This document shows, piece by piece, positions 57,164 to 64,000 of a stretch of DNA of 64,000 nt; the stretch's first letter is position 1; each line of letters begins with the position of its first letter. Origin of the DNA: Candidatus Micrarchaeaceae archaeon (GTDB lineage: Bacteria > Chloroflexota > Dormibacteria > Aeolococcales > Bog-877); contig DATKSI010000034.1 in NCBI GenBank assembly GCA_035531715.1, positions 101,177 to 165,176 of the forward strand, in the 5' to 3' direction. The notes under the pieces are model-generated. The model worked only from the letters and a program-made list of their open reading frames with translations, was not told the origin of the DNA and made no database searches. The position numbers and the translations under genes were made by a program.

Positions 57164-58759
57164 ATGACCACCACCGCCATCCCCCCCTCGAATCCGGCCG
57201 GGCCCGACCTCGGTCTGGCGGCCGGAACCGACACGGTCTTGGTTCTGGATTTCGGCTCCCAATACACCCAGCTGATCGCGCGGCGGATTCGCGAACTCAA
57301 CGTCTACTGCGAGCTGATCGCGGGCACCGCCCCGGCCAGCGAGATCGCCCGTCGCCACCCTAGGGGCCTGATCCTCAGCGGCGGACCCGCCAGCGTCTAC
57401 GACCAGGGCGCCCTCCACCCCGATCCGGCCATCTACCAAATGGAGATCCCCATCCTCGGCATCTGCTACGGGATGCAACTCCTGGCCAGCGACCTGGGCG
57501 GCCGGGTGAAACCGTCCTCGAGGCGGGAATACGGCCTGGCGTCAGTGGTTGTCGACAGCGAGGACGGAGTGTTCCTGGGGCTGCCCAGTGAGTTGTCGGT
57601 ATGGATGAGCCACGGTGACGTAATCGAGGCGCTGCCTCAGGGGTTCCGCGCCGTGGCTCACACGGTCAACAGCCCGGTCGCGGCCATGTCCGGACCCGGT
57701 GGGCGGATCGGCATTCAGTTCCACCCGGAGGTGGCGCACACCCCCCTCGGGATGGAGATGCTGCGCAACTTCCTTTACCAAACCTGCGGCTGCAGCGGAA
57801 GCTGGGCGCCGGAGAGCTTCGTGGAGCGGGCGGTCCAGGAGATCCGGCAGAAGGTCGGATCCGACCGGGTGATCTGCGCTCTCTCCGGGGGGGTCGACTC
57901 GGCGGTCGCGGCCACGCTGGTGCATCGGGCGGTCGGCGATCAACTCACCTGCGTCTTCGTCGACAACGGACTGCTTCGTCGCGGCGAGGGGGATCGGGTC
58001 ATCGAGGCGCTCGGCCGGAGCATGCGGATGAAGATCGTCCGGGTGGAGGCGGAGGACCGCTTCCTGCACGCCCTGGAAGGGATCATCGACCCCGAGGAGA
58101 AGCGCCGGATCGTAGGCAGGGAATTCATCACCGCGTTCGAGGAGGAGACCAGAAGGCTGGGAGCGGTGCCCTTCTTAGCTCAGGGCACGCTCTATCCGGA
58201 CGTGATCGAGAGCACCGCCCCGGACACATTCGGTGCCCACAAGATCAAGACCCACCACAACGTGGGGGGGTTGCCCGAGGGGATGAGCTTCTCCTTGGTG
58301 GAGCCGCTCCGCTACCTCTTCAAGGATGAGGTTCGTCGCGTCGGGCGGGCGCTGGGAATGCCCGACGATGTGATCCAGCGACAGCCATTCCCGGGCCCCG
58401 GGCTCGCGATCAGGATCATCGGAGAGGTGACCAGGGAGCGGCTGGAAACGGTGCGGAGCGCCGACTGGGTGGTGATCGACGAGATCAAGCGCAGCGGCCT
58501 CTATCACCGGGTATGGCAGAGCTTCGCCATCCTGACTCCGATCAGCAGTGTCGGAGTGATGGGTGATTTCCGCACCTACGCCAACGTGGTGGCGGTGAGG
58601 ATCGTCCAGTCCGATGACGGGATGACCGCTGACTGGGCTAGGGTGCCCTACGATGTTCTCTCGGACATCAGCCGCCGGATCGTCAACGAGGTCCCCGGGG
58701 TGAACCGGGTGGTCTACGACATCAGCAGCAAGCCCCCCTCGACGATTGAGTGGGAGTGA
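57164..58759 (+). CDS. guaA: GMP synthase (glutamine-hydrolysing)
   Basis: GATase triad contexts [11 protein letters not shown] and QFHPEV, ATP-PPase SGGVDS, and C-terminal dimerisation end KPPSTIEWE. Confidence 0.95.
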   Translation: MTTTAIPPSNPAGPDLGLAAGTDTVLVLDFGSQYTQLIARRIRELNVYCELIAGTAPASEIARRHPRGLILSGGPASVYDQGALHPDPAIYQMEIPILGICYGMQLLASDLGGRVKPSSRREYGLASVVVDSEDGVFLGLPSELSVWMSHGDVIEALPQGFRAVAHTVNSPVAAMSGPGGRIGIQFHPEVAHTPLGMEMLRNFLYQTCGCSGSWAPESFVERAVQEIRQKVGSDRVICALSGGVDSAVAATLVHRAVGDQLTCVFVDNGLLRRGEGDRVIEALGRSMRMKIVRVEAEDRFLHALEGIIDPEEKRRIVGREFITAFEEETRRLGAVPFLAQGTLYPDVIESTAPDTFGAHKIKTHHNVGGLPEGMSFSLVEPLRYLFKDEVRRVGRALGMPDDVIQRQPFPGPGLAIRIIGEVTRERLETVRSADWVVIDEIKRSGLYHRVWQSFAILTPISSVGVMGDFRTYANVVAVRIVQSDDGMTADWARVPYDVLSDISRRIVNEVPGVNRVVYDISSKPPSTIEWE

Positions 58760-60039
58760 CCTCGACCCCCGTTAGCCGAGCTCTGACGGTGCTGGTGGTG
58801 GGGGGAGGCGGCCGGGAGCACGCCCTGGCTTGGGCCGTTCGGCAGAGCCCGCTGGTCGACCGGGTCATCTGCGCTCCGGGGAACCCCGGCACCGGGCTGC
58901 TGGGTGAGAACCGGGAGTTCGCGGTCTCCGACTCCGCGGGGCTGACGGCCCTGGCCCAGGCGGAGCGGGTCGACCTGGTGATCTTGGGCCCCGACGCCGC
59001 CGTGGCCGCCGGAGTGGGGGACGCGCTGGTGGCGGCGGGGATTCGCTGCTTCGGTCCCGGTCGGGAGGCGGGTCAGCTGGAGTCCAGCAAGATCTATGCC
59101 AAGCAGGTGATGCAGCGGGCCGGTGTATCCACCCCGGCCTTCGAGGTATTCGATGATCACCTAGAGGCGCTGGAGCACCTGCGTCGGCGCGGCGCCCCCG
59201 TGGTAGTCAAGGCGGACGGGCTCGCTCTGGGCAAAGGTGCCTTCGTCTGTCACACCGCCGACCAGGCCCAAGAGGCGGTGGACTTTCTCCTCCGGCGGCG
59301 AGAGCTGGGGTCGGCGGGTTCGAGGGTGCTGATCGAGGACTGCCTGGTCGGTGAGGAAGCGTCCTTCTTTGCGATCTGCGACGGTGAGACCGCAGTCATG
59401 CTGCCCCCGGCACACGACTACAAACGGGCCTTCGACCAAGACCAGGGAGGTAACACCGGAGGCATGGGAAGCTATGCTCCGGCCCCGCCCCGGGGTTGGC
59501 GGGCCCTGAATCGCCGGGTTCTCCAGGAGGTGGTCGAGCCCACGCTCCAGGAGATGATCCGGCTGGGCGCGCCTTACCGAGGGTGCCTCTACGTGGGGGC
59601 GATGCTGATCGGCCAAGAGATCCAGGTGCTGGAGTTCAACGCCCGATTTGGCGATCCGGAGATCGAGGTCCAGCTGCCGCTGCTGCCTGACCCCGTGCCG
59701 CTCCTGTGGCAGAGCGCGGGGGGCCATCTGAGCGACCCCGATCCCGAGCCGCGGTCCGGAGCCTGTGTGGGGGTGGTAGCGGCGAGAGAACCGTACCCCG
59801 ATGCGGTCGCCCCCGGTGGCCAGGTGCAGGGCATCGAGGAGGCCGAGCGGCTGGGGTGCCAGGTGTTCCAAATGGCGACGCGTGCCGGTCCGGGGGGAGG
59901 GATCGAGGTCGGTGGGGGGCGGGTGCTGATCTGCACCGCCCTGGGCCGAGATCAAATGGCCGCCCGGGCCAAGGCATATTCGGGCCTGGCGGCGATTAGC
60001 TTTCCGGGGATGAGGTACCGTCAGGACATCGGTGCCTGA
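58750..60039 (+). CDS. purD: Phosphoribosylamine--glycine ligase
   Basis: [16 protein letters not shown]-terminus, ATP-grasp core, and GNTGGMGSY. The start is ambiguous: GTG 58750, GTG 58756 (GTGA overlap with the guaA stop), or GTG 58789. Confidence 0.92.
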   Translation: MGVTSTPVSRALTVLVVGGGGREHALAWAVRQSPLVDRVICAPGNPGTGLLGENREFAVSDSAGLTALAQAERVDLVILGPDAAVAAGVGDALVAAGIRCFGPGREAGQLESSKIYAKQVMQRAGVSTPAFEVFDDHLEALEHLRRRGAPVVVKADGLALGKGAFVCHTADQAQEAVDFLLRRRELGSAGSRVLIEDCLVGEEASFFAICDGETAVMLPPAHDYKRAFDQDQGGNTGGMGSYAPAPPRGWRALNRRVLQEVVEPTLQEMIRLGAPYRGCLYVGAMLIGQEIQVLEFNARFGDPEIEVQLPLLPDPVPLLWQSAGGHLSDPDPEPRSGACVGVVAAREPYPDAVAPGGQVQGIEEAERLGCQVFQMATRAGPGGGIEVGGGRVLICTALGRDQMAARAKAYSGLAAISFPGMRYRQDIGA

Positions 60040-60041
60040 GC

Positions 60042-60074
60042 GGAGTCCGCACCGTTGGTCCGGGGGTGCGCTCC
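60042..60074 (+). other. Hairpin downstream of purD (possible terminator)
   Basis: GGAG-tc-CGCACC (60042-60053) pairs with GGTGCG-CTCC (65-74) around an 11-nt loop, followed by GGTCTT. It overlaps the most upstream start of the next ORF. Confidence 0.35.
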
Positions 60075-60107
60075 GGTCTTAGCTGGCCTGCATTAGAGGG
60101 GTCTCGG

Positions 60108-60482
60108 TTGTCCGACGCCACCCCGTCCGCGGCGGCGGTCCGCCAAGAGCAGCGGGCTCGGCGGCTGCTGGAGGCGAAGTTGACCCAGCTCGCGGCTGAG
60201 GCCGGCTCCCTCGCGGTGGAGGCCCCGGAGCCGGGCAGCCAGGTGCAGTACGGCAAGCGCGCCGGCGATCACGTGGCCGAGGTGGCGGACCGGGCGGCCC
60301 GCTCTCGGACCGCGGGCGAGCTGGAGAAGCTGGGCGCGGAGGTGCGGGCGGCGGTGGGCAAGCTGGACGCCGGCACCTACGGCTGCTGCGATGATTGTGG
60401 CCAATCAATCCCGGCGGCTCGGCTGGAGGTGTTGCCGTGGGCCACTCGCTGCGTCGGCTGCCAGGCTCAACCGCGGCGCTAG
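60108..60482 (+). CDS. TraR/DksA-family C4 zinc-finger protein
   Basis: AGAGGGG lies 7 nt upstream of TTG 60108. Coiled-coil-like N-terminal part. C-terminal CCDDCGQSIPAARLEVLPWATRCVGCQ (CxxC-N17-CxxC). Confidence 0.75.
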   Translation: MSDATPSAAAVRQEQRARRLLEAKLTQLAAEAGSLAVEAPEPGSQVQYGKRAGDHVAEVADRAARSRTAGELEKLGAEVRAAVGKLDAGTYGCCDDCGQSIPAARLEVLPWATRCVGCQAQPRR

Positions 60483-60965
60483 ACCGAGATGGGGAGAAGG
60501 CTGGACGGCGACCGCTCCAGCCCCAACCGTTGGAGCTCTCCGTCCGGTCGAGGTGAGCCAGCAGTGGCGGCGCTCCGGGAGCGATCGGTAGCTTCTGCCG
60601 GTCGGCCCGCGAAGCGGCCGAGCCGGCCGAGCCAGAGCAGCTTCGGGGGCATGGCGTCGGCCGCTCCCCTGGGCGAGCTGACCCGCGCTTGGTGGGTGGC
60701 CCTTCCCATCTGTCCGCCGCCGGCGATCATCCCATTGGCGCGCCGGGTAGCGGGGGTCAGCTCCGGGGTTGCTGCGCCCAGGCCCGCGTGGTCTCTCTCC
60801 CGACCGCCTCGGAAGACTGGCTGGCCGGATTGGGTACGACAGCCGGGGAAGGCGGTCAACGAAAAAAATCGGTGACGCACCGCTGGCCGACGGAGCTTTG
60901 CGACCCCGCAGTCGGAACGCAGCAGCTCGCGTCACCACCGCCCCTGCCGTTACCCTTGGCAGTTC

Positions 60966-62825
60966 ATGGCCCCGATCGGACTGATCGAGAGCTGCCTGCG
61001 GCACGGGCAGCAGACGTTGCTCCTGAGTCGAGTGCGGACGCGCCACCTCCTCTCCCTCTTGGCAAAGCTGGAGGGGTGCGGCTACGCTGGCTTGGACGTG
61101 TTCGGCGGCGCCACCTTTGAGGTGTCGCTGGAGCATCTCGGCGAGGACCCATTCGAGCGACTCAGATCAATCCGGGCCAACACCTCGGTTCCCTTGGTGG
61201 GGCTGATTCGGGGCCAGTCGCTGGTGGGGTACCGGCCGCTTCCCGATGATGCAGTCGACAGCTTCGTCTCCCTGTCGGCGGAGTGTGGCCTGGACGTCTT
61301 TCGCTGCTTTGACCCGCTGAACGACGCCCGCAATCTGGCCCATATCGCCGAGGCGGTCCGGGCTGTCGGCAAGCATCCGGAGGGGACTCTGGTCTTCACC
61401 GAGAGCCCGGTCCACAGCGAGGAGAGTTTTATCGCCCTGGGGATGGAACTGGCCGGCCTCGGATACCAGAGCCTCTGTGTCTTCGATCCGGCGGGACTGC
61501 TGGGAGCCGGTTCGGCTCGGGCCCTGGTGGAGGGGCTCCGCGAGCGGACGCAGCTCCCGGTCAGTGTGCACTGCGCCACGATCACCGGCCAGGCATCCTT
61601 CGCCTATCTGGCGGCGGCCGAGGCCGGGGCCCGGAGCCTCGACGTTTGCCTTTCGCCGCTGGCCGGCGGCGCGTCGCTGCCCAGCACTGAGGGGGTCTAC
61701 GCCGCGCTGCGGGGGACGGACCTGCAGCCCCGTCTCGACGAGCGCCGGGTTCTGGCGGCGGCGGACGCGCTGGATGAACTGATGCCTCTCTACCAGGCCA
61801 TCTCCGACCCCCGTGGATGGCAGTACGACACGTCGACCCTGCGGACCCAGCTGGCGCCATCGGTCCTGGAGCACCTGCGTCGCGAGTGCGAGACCCAAGG
61901 GGCCCAGGGGAAGCTCCCCGCGGTACTGGAGGAGATTCCTCGCGTTCGGGCGGAGATGGGGTACCCGCCGCTGATCACCCCGATCGCCCAGGTAGTGGTC
62001 AGCCAGGCCGTCGCCAACGTCGCCTCGGGTCAGCGTTATCTGACGGTGGCCCAGGAGGTGAAGGACTACTTTCTGGGGCTGTTCGGGCAGCCGCCCGGCG
62101 CGGTTGATCCCGAGATCCAGAAGCTGGTCATCGGAGGAGAGGAGCCGATTACCGTACGGCCCGCCGAGGTGCTGGAGCCGGCGCTCGAGCAAACCCGTAA
62201 GACCATGGCCCGGCAAGGCTGGGCTGAGCCGTCGGACTCCCAGCTGCTCAGCTTTCTGCTCTTTCCCGTCTCGACCGCCGCACTCCTCCGCGGGGAGGCC
62301 CGCGTTGAGCGGCTCGAGGACGAGCAGGAGTTGCCCGGAGCTGTGGCCCTACCCGCGGCGGTGGTGGACGGAGGCGATCTCAGCGAACCGATCGGAGACG
62401 CCGCCGCGATTCCGGCCGAGGTAGCTCCCGCCCCACCGCCGCCTCCCGCTGAGCCGGTGCCCGCACCCACCCCGGTTGCTCCGGCGCGGGAGTTCTCCGT
62501 TGAGGTGGACGGCGAGGTGTTCTCGGTCAGGGTGACCGCCACGGACGGAGCCGGCCTGGGGGGGGGAGTTGCCGTGAGCGGCGCCGGAGGATCGGCTCCG
62601 CCGCCGCTCGCGAGCGAGGGGGTGAAGGCGCCGATGCAGGGGCTGATCGCCCGCCTCGCCGTGCAGGTCGGGGACCAGGTGACGGTGGGTCAGACCGTGG
62701 TTGTGCTGGAGGCGATGAAGATGCAGAACGAGATTCCTTCGGATCGGTCAGGCGCCGTGACGGCGGTGCTGGTGGCCGTGGGGCAGGTTGTCAGCCGAGG
62801 CGACGTCCTGGTCCAGATCGCCTAG
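60966..62825 (+). CDS. Carboxyltransferase + biotin-carrier subunit (pyruvate carboxylase B / oxaloacetate decarboxylase alpha / transcarboxylase 5S type) with substituted metal-site residues
   Basis: Colinear with the family (RGQSLVGYR, FRCFDPLND, EIPRVRAEMGYPPLITP). Pro/Ala linker. Biotinyl domain with EAMKMQNEI. See the finding for the divergent catalytic motifs. Confidence 0.85.
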   Translation: MAPIGLIESCLRHGQQTLLLSRVRTRHLLSLLAKLEGCGYAGLDVFGGATFEVSLEHLGEDPFERLRSIRANTSVPLVGLIRGQSLVGYRPLPDDAVDSFVSLSAECGLDVFRCFDPLNDARNLAHIAEAVRAVGKHPEGTLVFTESPVHSEESFIALGMELAGLGYQSLCVFDPAGLLGAGSARALVEGLRERTQLPVSVHCATITGQASFAYLAAAEAGARSLDVCLSPLAGGASLPSTEGVYAALRGTDLQPRLDERRVLAAADALDELMPLYQAISDPRGWQYDTSTLRTQLAPSVLEHLRRECETQGAQGKLPAVLEEIPRVRAEMGYPPLITPIAQVVVSQAVANVASGQRYLTVAQEVKDYFLGLFGQPPGAVDPEIQKLVIGGEEPITVRPAEVLEPALEQTRKTMARQGWAEPSDSQLLSFLLFPVSTAALLRGEARVERLEDEQELPGAVALPAAVVDGGDLSEPIGDAAAIPAEVAPAPPPPPAEPVPAPTPVAPAREFSVEVDGEVFSVRVTATDGAGLGGGVAVSGAGGSAPPPLASEGVKAPMQGLIARLAVQVGDQVTVGQTVVVLEAMKMQNEIPSDRSGAVTAVLVAVGQVVSRGDVLVQIA

Positions 62826-62828
62826 CCC

Positions 62829-64000
62829 GTGGTGAGTCCCTTCGGCACCGTGCTGATCGCGAACCGCGGCGAGATTGCCGTTCGAGTGATCCGGGCTTGC
62901 CGCGACCTGGGGCTGAGGTCGGTAGCTGTCTACTCGGAGTCGGATCGGGGAGCTCTCCACGTCCGGCTTGCCGACGCGGCGGTGGAGATCGGCCCGGCGT
63001 CTCCCAGCGAGTCCTACCTCAACTTGGAAAGGATCATTGGTGCGGCCCAGGAGGCCGGCGCGGATGCCATCCATCCCGGGTACGGTTTCCTCTCCGAGAA
63101 TCCGCTGCTGGCGGAAGCCTGCCTGGCCAAGGGGATCACCTTCATCGGTCCCCCCGCGGAGGCGATGCGGGCGATGGGGGACAAGGTGCGAGCCCGCCAA
63201 CGGATGCAAGAGGCGGGGGTCCCCGTGGTCCCGGGCACGGACGCGATCGTCGACGAGTCGGCGGCTTTGGCGGCGGCCCGAGAGATCGGCTTTCCAGTCC
63301 TGGTGAAAGCCTCAGCCGGGGGTGGGGGCATCGGGATGCGCGCCGCCCACGACGAGGAGGAGCTCAGGGCTGCCATCACCAGCTGCCAGGAGTCGGCCCA
63401 GCGCTTCTTCGGTGACCCGCGCGTGTTCCTCGAGCGTTTGGTAACCGACCCGCGCCACATCGAGATCCAGGTGTTGGCAGACTCCCGGGGAAACACCATC
63501 CACCTGGGAGAGCGCGAGTGCTCGATCCAACGCCGCCACCAGAAGCTGGTGGAGGAATGCCCCTCAACCGCCATCCGTCCCGACACTCGCCAGGAGATGG
63601 GACAGGCCGCGATCAGGGCAGCCCAGGCGGTGGGCTACGTGAACGCCGGCACCGTCGAGTTCATCGAATCACGCGGAACCTTCTACTTCCTGGAGATGAA
63701 CACTCGACTGCAGGTGGAGCATCCGGTGACCGAGTTGGTGACCGGGATCGACCTGGTTGTGGCCCAGATCAAAGTGGCGCTGGGCGAGCCCCTGCCCTGG
63801 CGCCAGGAGCAAATCAGTTGGCGGGGATGGGCCATCGAATGCCGCATCAATGCCGAGGACCCGTGGCATGATTTCCAGCCCACCCCGGGGCGGGTCACTG
63901 CCTACCATCAGCCCTCGGGCCCGGGGGTCCGAGTCGACAGTTCGCTAGCGGGCACCGGCATGGTGAGTCCCTTCTACGATTCCATGATTGCCAAGCTGAT
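62829..64000 (+). CDS. Biotin carboxylase subunit (pyruvate carboxylase A / AccC type), 3' end outside window
   Basis: This frame is absent from the ORF track because it runs off the edge. It reads VLIANRGEIAVRVIRACRDLG, HPGYGFLSEN, KASAGGGGIGMR, ERECSIQRRHQK and EMNTRLQVEHPVTE. Confidence 0.9.
   Translation, partial: MVSPFGTVLIANRGEIAVRVIRACRDLGLRSVAVYSESDRGALHVRLADAAVEIGPASPSESYLNLERIIGAAQEAGADAIHPGYGFLSENPLLAEACLAKGITFIGPPAEAMRAMGDKVRARQRMQEAGVPVVPGTDAIVDESAALAAAREIGFPVLVKASAGGGGIGMRAAHDEEELRAAITSCQESAQRFFGDPRVFLERLVTDPRHIEIQVLADSRGNTIHLGERECSIQRRHQKLVEECPSTAIRPDTRQEMGQAAIRAAQAVGYVNAGTVEFIESRGTFYFLEMNTRLQVEHPVTELVTGIDLVVAQIKVALGEPLPWRQEQISWRGWAIECRINAEDPWHDFQPTPGRVTAYHQPSGPGVRVDSSLAGTGMVSPFYDSMIAKL

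Noticed and set aside
60483-60965. Possible RNase P RNA, tmRNA or SRP RNA in the large gap upstream of the carboxyltransferase gene. Also possible TGA read-through or selenocysteine joining ORF 60489-60875 to the downstream gene.
   Set aside because: I could not find the conserved cores on either strand: GGAAAGTCCGG / ACAGAAxxCGGCTTA for RNase P, a T-loop plus CCA-type 3' end for tmRNA, or the GGAA tetraloop with AGCA for SRP. The upstream peptide has no carboxylase-like sequence and there is no SECIS-like context. The region is kept only as an unassigned finding.

Overview
High-GC bacterial chromosomal segment, roughly two-thirds G+C by eye. It is very tightly packed: about 60 protein genes, many joined by ATGA, GTGA or TGATG stop/start overlaps. 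I recognised no rRNA, tRNA, CRISPR array, transposase, integrase or phage gene, so this reads as core chromosome, not an accessory or defence island.

Gene content:
- Housekeeping: ychF, nfo, CCA-adding enzyme, rplI-dnaB, purA, ilvE, infA, guaB3-like/guaA/purD, and a DksA/TraR-type zinc finger.
- Envelope: M50 site-2 protease, lipoprotein, MurF-like ligase plus ddl, yvcK, sortase, and a GalE-like epimerase.
- Transport: a Ca2+/cation antiporter-family (CaCA) exchanger, an ABC-2 exporter, and a peptide/nickel-type ABC importer.
- Signalling: three response regulators (two with cognate histidine kinases in the window), one GGDEF cyclase, and IclR and HxlR regulators.
- Catabolism: an MDR dehydrogenase, homogentisate dioxygenase and FAH-family hydrolase operon; threonine aldolase; glycerate kinase.
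- Carboxylase: a two-subunit biotin carboxylase running off the 3' edge of the window.

The gene set (GuaB3-type paralogue, class-E-like sortase, ArsA-like ATPase) is compatible with an actinobacterium-like or other terrabacterial lineage. I cannot assign taxonomy from sequence alone.

I did not find a clear-cut novel multi-gene system. The most unusual observations are:
1. A PycB/OadA-type carboxyltransferase-biotin carrier subunit whose catalytic metal ligands are substituted.
2. A glutamate-dehydrogenase-family protein missing the signature catalytic lysine.
3. A MurF-like ligase whose N-terminal domain is replaced by a membrane domain, coupled to ddl.
4. A tail-anchored proline-rich protein immediately upstream of an ArsA/Get3-like ATPase with an Hsp20-like C-terminal domain.
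5. An arginine/threonine-rich histone-like protein with a strong Shine-Dalgarno (SD) site and a strong terminator.
6. An internally duplicated protein of unknown function between an epimerase and a diguanylate cyclase.
7. An infA gene with no canonical start codon at the expected position.
8. Several unassigned noncoding stretches of 340-480 bp.

All functional calls rest on my reading of the translated motifs. No database search was run.
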